DNA of 63,461 nt, filler included, from Olpidium bornovanus S191 (taxonomy: Eukaryota > Fungi > Olpidiomycota): NCBI GenBank assembly GCA_017911155.1. It is 31 parts of 31 records of this genome, joined end to end, with 100 filler letters (N's around TTAATTAATTAA, not from the genome) between each part and the next. Parts side by side here need not be neighbours in the genome. Positions count along the whole stretch, not along the records: positions 49,270 to 52,309 come from JAEFCI010002030.1; positions 52,410 to 53,418 come from JAEFCI010013011.1; positions 53,519 to 54,883 come from JAEFCI010010338.1; positions 54,984 to 56,563 come from JAEFCI010006433.1; positions 56,664 to 57,699 come from JAEFCI010008190.1; positions 57,800 to 59,196 come from JAEFCI010005551.1; positions 59,297 to 60,620 come from JAEFCI010007695.1; positions 60,721 to 62,194 come from JAEFCI010001503.1; 23 more parts are not named here. One strand, 5' to 3'. A model generated the notes under the pieces. That model saw only the letters and a list, made by a program, of their open reading frames with translations, was not told where the DNA came from and searched no databases. This document shows positions 49,270 through 61,989 of the stretch, one piece after another. Each line of letters starts with the position of its first letter. Position 1 is the stretch's first letter. The position numbers and the translations under genes are program-made.

Positions 49270-51094
49270 CAAATACCATTTGATGGATCATCTCAACGCA
49301 CTCAGGAAGTACCTCCTGCTGGGCCAGGGTGATTTCGTGCAACACTTGATGAATCTGATAGGGTACAGATTTTTGTTTCTACTTTCCATGGGGTTAATCA
49401 GGTTGATATTGAACGCCTCCGCCCCGCAGGCCGACACTTGACCAACCTGCCAACACAATATTCCGCCACAACCTTACCGGTACTCTGGAAACTGTCATTC
49501 GGGGGGGCCTTATCCATCACGATAATCCAGATATACTGAAGCGCCTGGATGTTCGCCTTCTGGAGGTGCGGTAATTAAGGGCCAAGCTAAGACGGCCTAT
49601 TTTGCGCTCTTGTGTGCTTTTTGCTGCCCTCTGACAAGGGCTTTTCTTTTCCGCAAGGCCTCAAAATACGAAACGGGGTGGGATGTGTTCTCGCTCGATT
49701 ACCACGTGGACTTGCCAATCCGCACGATCCTCAACTCGGCCACGATGCACAAGTATCTCCGGCTGTTCAACTTCTTATGGCGGCTGAAGCGTGCCGAACA
49801 CGCGCTAGAGGCGGGATGGAAAAGACAGATGACGACGGCCCACGCGCTACGAGGCGTTCACGGCATCGCCAACGACCTACACTCGTGCTGCGTAACCTGC
49901 GGGGAGATGGTGCACTTTGTGTACCAGATGCAGTACTACATGGTCTTCGAGGCGAGTGTCAACATACTTAAGAACTTTCTATATTCTGTGCACTCGGCTA
50001 AACTTGCTCTTTTTCTTGACGACGTTTAGGTACTGGAATGCTCATGGGACGAGCTTGCTAGATACGTTGAGCAACGAAGGGGAGACCTGGACGACTTGAT
50101 TGCCGCCCACAACACGTACCTTGATAACATTCTCAAGAAAGCCCTGCTGGTTTCAGGGACAGCTGAGAATGTCCAAGCGCAGTTTATTGGACTTTTTGAA
50201 ATCATCTTCAAATTTCGGAAAGCACAGGTATGGATCATATACCACCTCTTTTAACCGTATCGAATACTTTCCAGCGCGTTATTCTCTGCTTCCTGGTGTT
50301 TTTTCGTCGGGAGAATGGCGGCTTGCCTATTTCTTTTATGAGCGGACAATCTCGCGCCTTGAGTCCTCAGTTGGTAACTTTCATCCATTGCTGTCTGCTT
50401 CTGCAGGACGCGCTCTACGACCACGGCTGCAGGCACGTCGAGCGCCGGGCGCGGCTTAGCCAGAAAGCCTACCAGCGTACTCTGCAGGGGAAGTGGGGTC
50501 TGACCGAGGACGACGAGTACGACGAAGGACTTGTCGGCGAGCTGGCTGAGGAGGACGAGCGGGAGCTGGAGGAAATTCGCGGCAGTGTCGCGACGATTTC
50601 GAAGCAGTTCCGGGTGGGTGACGGCTTCATTTGCGTCGGCACAGCTTGTAGCGGGAATATGGCGGCGCGTAGTTCTTTAGGGATCCCGCGCCCGTCGGAG
50701 AACCTAGCGAAATATCCTTGGGAATTGACTGTACGTTTTTCATATATGCCTCAAATTCTTTTGTCCACCACAGAAATCTCTTTGTACGTTGCTAAAATCC
50801 CTCTCGCACAACCAAGACATGAACGCCAAGTCTTTGGCAGTCCGGCTGAATTACAACGGTACGATGGCTGTCACACGTCTTCCAGGGATCCGGCGCCGCT
50901 GCGTCGTTGGCGAGCATCCGTTGACGATTTTTTGCGCCTGTCAGAGCACTATCTCGAGCAGCAACCGCCCGAGCAGTAATCGTTTTTTCACACCCACGTA
51001 TCCAGCAGTGCTGGGCTTGTGCGAGGATTCAGTTTTGAGTAAACACTTTTCTTCGAGGATATGGATGAAGATCGAAGACAGCGCTGGGCGCTAG
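49270..51094 (+). CDS. TUBGCP3: Gamma-tubulin complex component 3 (GCP3/Spc98), 3' part, multi-exon
   Basis: [82 protein letters not shown]. Confidence 0.93.
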
Positions 51095-52138
51095 TGCCGG
51101 GCGCAATTCAGCGGGATAACCTGAATGCAACACACGGTGGTACATGCCGACAGACCCTGATCGACGAAACCAGCGAACCGAGGGCCCATGATCTAGAAGC
51201 ATGGCGGCACGCGGCAGCACATGCTGACATATCGAAGCAGAATGCCGTGCCGTATAAAGCACGATGCTTGTAGCAGAACACGCCACGACTGACAAAAAAG
51301 AAAAAAAGAAAAACGAATTGAAAAAGCGAATCATGCGAATTGACCCCGGCTAGTCGACGAAGAGGTTTTCTCTGCCAAGGTTGGCAGAGGTTACGGATGA
51401 AAGCGACGAACTTTTTACGCAGATGCGAGCAAAGCTCCCCTTGGCCACCCAAAATCCAATTCATACCGTCACGGCAAACCTCGAACGGGACAACAATCTA
51501 AGGCCTTAACACCTAAGCCACTGGGAGCCCCAACCCGGGGTTAATCATATACGAGCAGGTGCATCTCTTTTGTCGGCGGTCCCAGCTACTGCGAGACCCT
51601 ACACCCCGGGTTAACCCTCGACGACGGGTACACCCCTCTTCGCTGACGACAAGGCGAGTGTCTTCACCGCCCACAGCGCGCGGCCACGCCTTCCAACGAA
51701 CTGCCCAGAAGATAAGAAAACCATTTGAATTGGCTCGTGCGAAAGGACGGCCTCGGCGCGGTTTTCTCCGATGGCGTTTTCTTCTTCACGTCCGAGGGAA
51801 CCGCTCGCGCATTTTCGCGGGGAGCTCTGCAGGGAGTTCCGCGGGGTGGGGGGGGGAGTGGGGGGATTGAAGCCGAGCCGAAGAAGGCGAAAAGGAGAAC
51901 TTTTTATTCTGTATTCGGGGCGTTTGTTTACTAGTTTTCCTCTGGCCCTATTTTATATGGCGGTGACTAAGGACTCTACAAAGGGGCGACAGGGGTTGGT
52001 GGGCGCAGTGCGTCCGAGCTCGCTCCCCCCTTTATTTTCTAACAGGGGGAAGGGGGAGCAGTGCCTGGAAGAAAGCCAAAACAAACGACACCTCGTCCTC
52101 TCAGCCCCCTTACCCCCCCCTCTCCCGCTCCCCACCTC

Positions 52139-52260
52139 CACGCGTTCTTTGTTCGTAACAATCCACGCGTTCTTCGTTCGTAACAATTCATGCGTTCTTC
52201 GTTCGTAACAATCCACGCGTTCTTCGTTCGTAACAATCCACGCAGTCGTAGTTCGCAACG
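52139..52260. repeat. 25-bp minisatellite, 4 full units plus 1 degenerate
   Basis: CA(C/T)GCGTTCTT(C/T)GTTCGTAACAAT(C/T) in tandem. Confidence 0.95.
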
Positions 52261-53336
52261 CCCAGTGCGTTCGTAATTGAAACGCACGTTGCATCTTCCG
52301 GCCTAGGACNNNNNNNNNNNNNNNNNNNNNNNNNNNNNNNNNNNNNNNNNNNNTTAATTAATTAANNNNNNNNNNNNNNNNNNNNNNNNNNNNNNNNNNN
52401 NNNNNNNNNCATGTGCACCGCGCTCGCCGTGAAGGGCGGCCGGTTGCTGGCCACGAGAATTTCAGTGCGAACAGGTTGGTTATTGCAGATGCCGTTTTTT
52501 CGCAGGCTTCCCGACGTTTATTTGGCCCCGCCAATTCCGTCAAAACCTAACGAGAGCCGATTTTGGGTTCGTAACCGTAGTGACCATTGCCGGCGCTGTC
52601 CTTTTCTTGATTTTCAGTCTGGCGTATCTGTATCAGGTAAGCTCCCCGGCGACTTTTGGCAAGTCGCAAGCGAGCCGGATGCGCATCTGACACTGCCTTT
52701 TGACTCGTCACTCCCGCAGGCCTGGGTGTGCAACGTGTAATCTCCCTTGCCCGCCCGCTGTTCATAGTTTAAAATATATGTGCACTTGTGGACTTCCGCC
52801 GTCTGTTGGGGGCCGCTGGTTGGAGACGCGTGGACTTGGTTGCGTATTTTACCCGCCGGCGTCTGCCAGATTCCCGGTTTTTCGTGGACCGGCGCGACAG
52901 CACTCCGAGCAACGGTGTGTTGTCTCTGCGTCTCCGGGTGCCTCGTGGCGAATGTAGGAGCACCACGCGTAGCGTGAAGGGCGGCTGCGGAGACAGCGCG
53001 GCTCCTCGCTGTGCCAGCCACGACGATGGGGGTAATCCCCTATTTTTTACGCCCGGTTCGGTTTTTTCGCAAGCGCCGCAAAGTGATTGGGCGCCAACGA
53101 ATTGGACGAAGCATTTACAAGACCGCAAAAAGGCCGGCCGACAGAGTCCAGTGATGTCTGATGAGATTGGCCGCCGACCATCCATTTCCGTCTGGAAATC
53201 GCGAAAACGCCGGGATAAAAACGAATGGGAAATTATTACGTGTCCAAGTGTGCTGGGGGGGGGAGGGGTAGAAACATGAGCTCTATTATATGGGAACAGC
53301 GCGCTGCGAGACGCGGTTTTTTTTTTAAACGAAAAA

Positions 53337-53378
<42 letters not shown>

Positions 53379-53547
53379 GGGGGTAGGGGGGGGGGGGAGG
53401 GGGGGGGGGGGCGGGCGCNNNNNNNNNNNNNNNNNNNNNNNNNNNNNNNNNNNNNNNNNNNNTTAATTAATTAANNNNNNNNNNNNNNNNNNNNNNNNNN
53501 NNNNNNNNNNNNNNNNNNATGGTAGCAACGCAGAAGATCTAGACTCC

Positions 53548-53578
<31 letters not shown>

Positions 53579-54271
53579 ATCCTGCTCGACGGAGAATACG
53601 CTGCCGCCTCGGCAGTCAAAAAAGCTCTGAAAAGCAAGTTTGTAAGCGCGCCCATTCGCGAACTCCTGCTCATTGGAAGACGAGACACGTTGGGCGTGGT
53701 TATTTGTTTTTTTTTTCCTCTTTTCGTTGATTTTTTCTTTGGTTTGAGCTGTTGCGGCGGGTGGGGGCGGGTGGGCAATGTCCCCTTTGTCACACAGGCA
53801 AGCAAGTCCAGGCCGCGGGGAGGAGGGGAAGAGGGGGAAAGGTGGAGCTTGCCCACTCCTACCCGCCGGCTTTCCCCGGAGGAGCCGGGTGCGGAGTGGG
53901 GGGGGGGGGGGTGGGGGGTGGGGGGGGGGGGGGGGGTTTTTCCCCGGGGGGGGGGGGGGGGGGGGGGAAAGAAAAAAGGGGGGGAGGGGGGGGGGGGGGT
54001 GAGGGGGGGGGGGGGGGGGGGGGGGGGGATATTTCTCCCGGGAGGAGGGTGCGAGGGAGGAAAGAAAGAAAGGGGCGGGCGGCCTTTCTCTCGTCTTCCT
54101 CTTCGAACCCTAACAACCTTACGTTTTTTTCCGCTTCCCCTAACCGCGCTGCGAATTGCGCGGTTGCCAACCGACCGGAACGAGGGTAAGAAAAAAAGAA
54201 AGAGAAAAAAAAAAAAAAAGGGAGGAAAAAACAACCATGGCCAACGGAGAAGCGCTCGCATTCCAGCAGTA

Positions 54272-54608
54272 ATGTCCCGAACGCAGGCAAACGGGTCAAA
54301 CGTTCCGCCGGCGCGACGGCCACCCCGCACCGCCGCCCGGCCACCCCGCCCCACCCGGAGGCAGCAGCAGCAGCAGCCCGCGGACCGGTGGAACAGGGCC
54401 GTCCTCTTCGCCGCCTTCGTGCTCGCATACTTCGCAGCGGGCGTCCTCGTCGCCGCCGCACTGCCCGGCCTGTACGGCGCCGCGAACGCATCCGGCACCC
54501 CGCCGCCGCTTCCCGCGCCAGTCCCTCCGACCGCCGAGGCGAACTCGACAGTGACTTCCCCGGCGGCGGAGGCGGCCGCTGACTCCGCCCCGCAGTCCCG
54601 GCCAAAGG
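54272..54608 (+). CDS. First exon of a putative type II membrane protein
   Basis: ATG, a basic tail, one hydrophobic helix (AVLFAAFVLAYFAAGVLVAAAL), a Pro/Ala/Thr stem with NAS and NST sequons, then a GT donor. Confidence 0.5.
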
Positions 54609-54983
54609 TCAGGAGGAGCCTTTTGCTTCGGTTGACAGAAATGAGGGAGCAGCGTACGTTCCTCTTTCCCGGATTACTCGTGCGTCTCGGTATCGCGACG
54701 GTGACCCGAACGGTAACGTCCTCGTGTTTCGCAACCCGCCGCAGTTGCCGAGTTCCAGCCGCTGGAAACCTGCGATGCCCCCATCTACTGCAAGCCTGCT
54801 GCCGGAGCGAACTGGTATGCGGGAGACGAGCAGGTCGTCGTGCAGGTAGGTCCGTCAAGTCACCGCCGGCCGGTGCTGGCATGNNNNNNNNNNNNNNNNN
54901 NNNNNNNNNNNNNNNNNNNNNNNNNNNTTAATTAATTAANNNNNNNNNNNNNNNNNNNNNNNNNNNNNNNNNNNNNNNNNNNN

Positions 54984-55309
54984 ATGCTGTTGTTTTTTTC
55001 TTTCGACGAGGGTTGGAGCCGTGCCGCGGCCGCCCCCCCCCCCCCCCCCCCCCCCCCCGGTGCGGAAATGCCGAAGGCCATCTTTTCGGATTTTCTGAAA
55101 GAATTAATCGCCTCCACTCTTCGCCCGAAATCTCTCGGTCTTCTCCGCCCCCACCTTTTTTCCTGCCCGCAGGATACTACCCGCCGACCCCCGCACCCCA
55201 GCCGGGCTACGCCCTGCCACCCCAGCAGAAAAAGTCCGACAAGGAGGCGCTCTGTTACGGCTGCGCCCTCGGCGCCTGCCTCTGCTGCTGCCTCGACGGG
55301 CTGTGCTGA
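54984..55309 (+). CDS. CYSTM (cysteine-rich transmembrane module) tail-anchored protein, 3' exons
   Basis: GYYPPTPAPQPGYALPPQQKKSDKEALCYGCALGACLCCCLDGLC*; final exon 55173-55309. Confidence 0.85.
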
Positions 55310-56663
55310 GGCCCGGGCTGCCGCCCGCTCCTTAAAAAAATCCGGGGGGCGGGAGTGGGTGAGGGGAGGGAAAGAAAGAATACAAAGAAAATCCGGCAGT
55401 CGGATTCCCCCGCCGGCTCCTCCTTGATTCGTCGGCTCGCAACCTCCCGCTCGCAGCTTTGCGAGCTTTCCCCGACACGATTTGAACACATTTTACACTC
55501 GCCCCCCTCGCCCATCCCTCCCCCCCACACACCTCTCCTCCCCCGCTTCCCCCTATCACCCGGGGCGCAATTATTACGACGCGCCGCGCCTTTAATTTTT
55601 TTTTTTTTTTTTTTACTCGAGGGCTTCCAGGTTTTTCCCGCAGATATTTGGCATCGTTTTGTTTGGTCACTCGTTTCCACGCCCTTTTTTTTCATCTCTT
55701 CACTGTATCTCCCCTGCATTTGCCCATTTTACGGCTCGACCGGACGCGCGCCATCCTGCCGCCACCCTCGTTCCCCGCGCTGCGGCTTTTTTCACGCGGG
55801 AAAACGTGTATAACAACTCAACGGGGTGCAAAGAGATAAACATCCGAAACACAACGTCCTCGTTGCCGTCCCGGCCCGTTAGGTGCACAGACGGGCGCTC
55901 TGTCGACCCGTATTCCACAATTTGTTTCTCCCGGACGTGCCTGAAAAAGAAAACAAAAAATTAACGTTGTCTGCCAGTTTGCTTGCTCTCTGACTCCGCA
56001 CAAGGTCCAAAATGGCCGCTATTGGTTAAGTCTGAGGCCCCCCCCCCCCCCCCCCCCACCCACTTCCTCCCCCCATAAGGCCTGATTTCTGCGCTTCGCA
56101 CGTCTTCGGCGTCTGCTGCGTGTGTGTTCGTGCGCGTGCGCGTGTGCGCTTGGGAGGAAGAGTGGGCCCGTGGAGGGTTTGATCCCGGCGCTGCTCTGCA
56201 GCACAACGCGAACATGGTCGTCTTGCTTGGGAGCGGAATTTAAACGACCGCGTTTTGCCGCACCCATCTTGCTGAAAATTCCAAGTGGAAGAGGGAGCCA
56301 AAAAAAAAAAAATTTGCCGCCCAGGAGGGGGTATTGGACATTCCTGCGCAAATCGCATCGAAAACGACAAAAAAAAAAAAAAAACAAAACACAAAAAATA
56401 AATGCGGCGTGTCCTTCTCTCCTCAGCGACGTGCGTGGGGGTGGGGGCGGGGGTGGGATGATGGTGGAAATTTTTTGTTTTTTTCCTTGTTGCCGAAGAG
56501 CGGCGCCCAATTGTTCAGTTCCTGCGTTCCCAGTGGATCATCGTCGGCCGCGCAGGCATCACGNNNNNNNNNNNNNNNNNNNNNNNNNNNNNNNNNNNNN
56601 NNNNNNNTTAATTAATTAANNNNNNNNNNNNNNNNNNNNNNNNNNNNNNNNNNNNNNNNNNNN

Positions 56664-57512
56664 CGGTGGCAGTCACTGCGGAGCACGGTTCTTTGATCGC
56701 ATCCATGGCTCCAGCGCTGGGCGCTGATATTGTGAACACTCGGAAGCGTAAGAGGGAGACTGCAGGTCGTTGCGAGAAATCTCTTTCACCTGGACCGCGG
56801 GCACGCCGGTTACTGAAGCGCGGAGCGGCCAACGGTTGCGATGCTGTGAACGGCTCTAGCGCGCGCTGGAGAGGCGGGGATGTTCCGGCCTCCTCGTCCC
56901 CTTCCTCGTCCTCCACGTCGTCCAACGGTAAGTCCTCTAACGGGCGCCGGCTGGGCTCGTCAGGAGAAGCTACGGAAACGAACGTGGACGACGTGCACGT
57001 GAAGGATACTCCACCCTCTACCAAAACAAAGGGACGGGCGGGGCCAAACAGATCGTCGCGCGGAAGAGGAAATTCGATGCCGGTGACAGAAGAGAAGAGG
57101 CGAAGTCTTCTGGAACGGAACCGAAGAGGTTCGTGAGTTCATTGCAATCTTTTATGCCACCTGATACATTCACAAAAGTTCGGCTCATTACGGCTTTTCC
57201 GACGTCTTCCGGCCTCACGTACCACTAGCGGCGCTAAAGTGCCGACAGAGGAAGAAGCAGTGGCAGCAGGCGCTCCAGGAAACAGCGGAGAAGCTGACGT
57301 GCGAGAACGAGCAGTTGCAGGAGCAGGCAACGAAGCTGCGGGAGGACATTCTGAACTTAAAGGCACTCTTAATTGCCCAGAAGGACTGCCCCGTCGCCAA
57401 GGCCAACGGCGTCGTGGACGGCAACGTCATCAACGGGACCGGTGCCCTGCCGCAATTTCCGATTTTCCCCCCGGTAACGGTCGTCCGTTCGACGCCTCCG
57501 CGGCGCAGCTGA
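56664..57512 (+). CDS. ATF/CREB-family bZIP transcription factor (Atf1/AtfA-like), 3' part
   Basis: EEKRRSLLERNRR/AALKCRQRKKQW, a leucine zipper and LLIAQKDCPV; intron in the basic region. Confidence 0.92.
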
Positions 57513-57799
57513 CGCGCTGCGAGCTGCCCGGCGAGCAGTGGGAGCACGCCTGCGAACAGGAGGACATGTCGCGGCAATTTCGGAAGAACAGGTGCGGGCG
57601 CCGTTTCAGGCACGGACAATGGCGGTTTCTTCCCCTGCTGCGCCATGGTGGAGGCCAGTCTCGGCGGCAGGCTCGCAGGAGGCAATTTGTTGTGGCTCCN
57701 NNNNNNNNNNNNNNNNNNNNNNNNNNNNNNNNNNNNNNNNNNNTTAATTAATTAANNNNNNNNNNNNNNNNNNNNNNNNNNNNNNNNNNNNNNNNNNNN

Positions 57800-57869
<70 letters not shown>

Positions 57870-59096
57870 AAAAACAAAAAAGGCCATCTTTTCCATTCTC
57901 GCCTTTCTGTCACGAGTAACAGTGAGGCGAAGTAGCCTGCACCGTTGGAACCCCCCCACCCAACCCCCCTTTACAGATCTCGCGCAAAGGTTTCCGGGAT
58001 CTGTTTCCTTTTTTCTCACGCATGGGGTTTGCGGAGGGTGTTGCCACGCGACGCGCCCCCGGAACATTTTTCCAAAAAGAAACAAAAAAAGGGGTTTTCG
58101 AGTACTTTCTTTCCCTCCGCCCCACCCCACCTGCAAAATTGCCAAGAAAACGCCTGTCCCTCTCTCCCGCTCCCACTCACGTCGTTTCCATCCACCCGCC
58201 CGTCACGTCATTTCTGTCGTAAACCTCATCACTTTCTCACGCCAGAAAGCAACATTCGGCCGCCCCTAACCCCCCAAAAACCCCCAACCTCCATCCCCCT
58301 GTCCCTCCTCCCCTTCCAACCGGACACGCCATCGCGCGCCGAATGTGTGACGATGCGTTATTTTGCGTTTTGTGACTTGCAGAACGGGGCGGGGAGGGGA
58401 GGGGAGGGGAGGAGGGGGGGGGAAGGGGGGGAAAAGCGAGGGTGAGACTCTTTCGATGATTTCCGAAAGTTTTCTTCTGACCCCCGTAGTTCGCAACTAA
58501 AATTTCTCTCATTCGGCCTCCTCCCGCGGGCCACCGATCTCTCAGCACAGAAAAAAAATAAAAAAAAAACAAACCGAAAAGAAGTCTTCGAGGCATTTTT
58601 TTGTTCAAGTCTCGAAAAACCGCCTGTCGCAGGCCCCCTCCTTCGTCCGTCGGAGCGCGCGCGAGCGCGCTCACCCAACGATTAAAGGAATCCAAAATGG
58701 CATCCCTGAAAGGCACGTTTCACGTCGGGGAGGCCATTGCTTATCGACGGGCAAAATAAGACGGACCGTTCCTCTTTAAAATAGTTAGGCGACCGCCTTC
58801 CCTCTTCCCCCGCCGCACCCCCCGCCATAAATTTGCGACCGGCGGAAAAAGGGGGGCGAGGGGGGGTTGGTTCGCAAAGCGTTCGGCCTCTTACGAGAGA
58901 TGGTTTTTTCTTCCACCGTCCGGTCCTTTCCCCCGCCTTCCTCTTCGCCCCTGAAAACCGGTTTTCTTTCTGTCAGATAAGCGTTTCAAGAGCGTGTTTC
59001 GCCTAGGACCGGGTCCTGCCACCCATTCGTTCCAAGCGGTAAACAAAATGACCTCGCGTTTTTTATTTTTTTAGTTGGGTCCGACGGCGCAGGGCC

Positions 59097-59130
<34 letters not shown>

Positions 59131-59298
59131 CCTTTTTTTTCTCTTTTTTTTTTTTTTTTCTCTCTTTTTTTTTTTTTTTTTTTTCCTTTTTTTTTTNNNN
59201 NNNNNNNNNNNNNNNNNNNNNNNNNNNNNNNNNNNNNNNNTTAATTAATTAANNNNNNNNNNNNNNNNNNNNNNNNNNNNNNNNNNNNNNNNNNNNTC

Positions 59299-59772
59299 AT
59301 GTGTCAGCCCGTGGTTGGTTCTCTTGGCGGCACCTCTGCTACGCCGGTCGGGTACACGATGTATTCTTTCGACAACACCGGCGTTAAGCCTGTGGGTATC
59401 GCGCAGACGGCGAATGGCGCTCCGGCTGCCATCAGTAGTGGCGGCAGCGCTGCAAATCTCAGAATTGTTACCAGACCGGGGCGGGCGGCCGATGGGTCTG
59501 GGTGGAACCAGAATGAAGGCAACAACAACAAGCGCAGTGCCGAGGATGCCGGTCTCCCGAACCAGCACGATTACCACCGGCTCCCGCCGCTAACCCCCCT
59601 GCCCTCCGTGGACCAGCTCCTCGCGGGCGCCCCGCCCACCGCGGTCGCGGATGCCGGCGGGCCGCCCGCAGAGTCGCTTTACGAAAGGCTCCTGGCCAAG
59701 CGCCAGAACCGCAGCCGGAGGGGCGGCAGCCAGGGCCAGAGAGACGCTGACCAGCCGGCCGTCCAGATTTGA
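59299..59772 (+). CDS. C-terminal exon of an unknown low-complexity protein
   Basis: 157-codon open frame ending in a stop, followed by a T-rich tract. Confidence 0.45.
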   Translation: MCQPVVGSLGGTSATPVGYTMYSFDNTGVKPVGIAQTANGAPAAISSGGSAANLRIVTRPGRAADGSGWNQNEGNNNKRSAEDAGLPNQHDYHRLPPLTPLPSVDQLLAGAPPTAVADAGGPPAESLYERLLAKRQNRSRRGGSQGQRDADQPAVQI

Positions 59773-59951
59773 ACGCGATGCCACACGGCAGCCGCTCATA
59801 TCCGTGCTCTGGAACGCGCAAGGCACAATTGCGATGTAGCGGAACCAAGCTTAAGCATATCAACCCTATTTAGCCACATTCACATGTCCCATTTCACATC
59901 CTTAAGTCCCAGTTTGGCCTATTTCCGATTGCTCTTTTTTGGTTTTTTTTC

Positions 59952-59988
<37 letters not shown>

Positions 59989-60848
59989 GCCCGTGCGGCG
60001 CCACCCACGCCACTTTGTCTCCCCGTCGAAGGCGTTTTTTTTTCTGGCAGATGGGCTGTTGAACGCCTAGGCATCTGTTCGATCATTTCCCGTTAGTTAT
60101 CTTTAGACGCCGCGCTGTAATCAGATCCCTGCCAGGCAAGTGTTCTTACTAGGCTGGTTCTCCACCCCCGCCTCCATCCATGACCACACTGGGAGCAGCG
60201 TTTAAGGTGTACCACGTGTAAAATTTTTAAGGGGTTGCTTCCGAACGGCAAGAGAAATTACCAAAAGCCGAATACCAGCTCATCCGGATAGTCTGCGCAT
60301 GGTGCTGTGGGCATCCAATTGCCATCTTCATCTCCGGCAGACAGTCACGACTCACCAGTCCCAGCCCTCCAGCGTGAGAAAAGTGCCTGGCCGTAAAGTG
60401 CGGAGATACCGTACCTCGCTGTGGGGGCACCGATGTATCTCGCAAGCAGCACACGACCGGACATTGCGTTCGCCGTGAACCTGCTGGCCTTTCACAGCGC
60501 ATGATAAATGAGGAGCGCCGGCAGCCGGGTTGTTCGCCCGCCGCCGGTGTTGCGGTTCTGCTCTCTTCTTCCCGTCTTCTTTCTGTTCTGTCTGCTGTTC
60601 GCCGCCTCCTGGCAGTAGCANNNNNNNNNNNNNNNNNNNNNNNNNNNNNNNNNNNNNNNNNNNNTTAATTAATTAANNNNNNNNNNNNNNNNNNNNNNNN
60701 NNNNNNNNNNNNNNNNNNNNCATGGCAAAGAAGTGTAGAATAGCCGTCAAAAGGCTCAAGGGAAAAGCTTTTCAAGCGGTAATGCGACACGCCTGACGGG
60801 CATCAATGCGCTCAACGTGTCAACGCTTGAGCTGCACGGCTAACTCCA

Positions 60849-61989
60849 ATGGCGCTGACCCTGGCAACGTACATTTGGTGCATTCTGCGCAAGGCTGAGC
60901 CACTTTTGGACGCCGTCCAGCGCATCAGCCTCACTGGACACAACGCGTGCCTAACACCTGAAGCGAAGTTCATGCTGCCGCTCGTGAACACCGCGGGAAA
61001 ATTGGAGGTAACAACGCAATTTTGCCAGAGTGCCACCATGACACTCGAAAGACGTGCTTCGTTCCCCGTCCGCACGGTGATTTCCTTCCCGTCCAGCCAG
61101 GGCTGCGAACACATGACAGTAAAAAGCCGTTCTCTGCGTCGCGTTGAAAGGCAGAAGGTTGTCTCCGACACGCGGCGGACGCGTACACGTTGTCTGCAAT
61201 GGCGTTTCAAGCGGGACGGAAGCACATTCAGTCCGTAGAATTGTTGGCGAAAGCGCGGGTACGCGACCGTCGCGCGAGACGGAGCGAGCAAACGCGTCTG
61301 CACCGGTTTTTGTTGACACCGGGCGGACAGTGTGCTGTTTTGTTCGCCTCTTTAAATCCTCGTTTGCTTGCTTCCGCAGCGGATCTTGAAGGGTTGCTTT
61401 TTGGAAACGGAGAAGCGGTCACGCTCGCAGGCAACTGCGGGCGATGGAGATCAAGGCGTTATTGTCTCTCGCGAGCCATCTGTGGCCCAAGCATTATTGT
61501 TGCTACGAAGGGCAAAACTGGCCGCCCTCGGCGCCGAAATCCATTACATAAATGGCCGCGAACCGGCAGCGGTGCCGCTGTTTTTTGAAGCAGGTAAGGG
61601 GGTTCGCTTACCGACTTGGAACCGCCGTTTGAAGGTTGCCACTGCCGATCGTGGAGATCCTGACGCAGATGAACGTCCCAACCACTGTTAGCCGACCTCT
61701 GGTCCGAGTACCGCAAGCTCACCAGTGGTGAAGCTGAGGCGAAAGAACGTTTGGAAGAAACGCAGGATGAAGCCGATCTCGACCCTTGGCTTGCAAAACA
61801 GGGAGCTGCCGCGTTTGCCGGGCACGTGGCTTCCCACTCGGCGACAATCGGCGAAGCGTTTTTGTTCCATCGTGACCAAGCGGACCGTCTCGCCGACATG
61901 TTCATAACCTGTCTGGGTGACCAGACGGAGTACTTCCGCAACGTGGCGCTCAACGGGTTGCAGTTCATCATTGAAGCATGCGGCAACAG
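60849..61989 (+). CDS. Internal exons of a helical-repeat protein, possibly the Sec7/MON2 family C-terminal region
   Basis: Several GT-AG-bounded exons. LADMFITCLGDQTEYFRNVALNGLQFII loosely resembles Sec7/BIG HDS-region helices. Confidence 0.35.

Noticed and set aside
47215-51094. Apparent microtubule-nucleation cluster (XMAP215 next to GCP3)
   Set aside because: The two genes lie on different contigs separated by a synthetic linker, so the adjacency is not evidence of linkage.
52410-53279. Several overlapping 60-160 aa ORFs
   Set aside because: No motif, no clear splice signals and no preferred frame.
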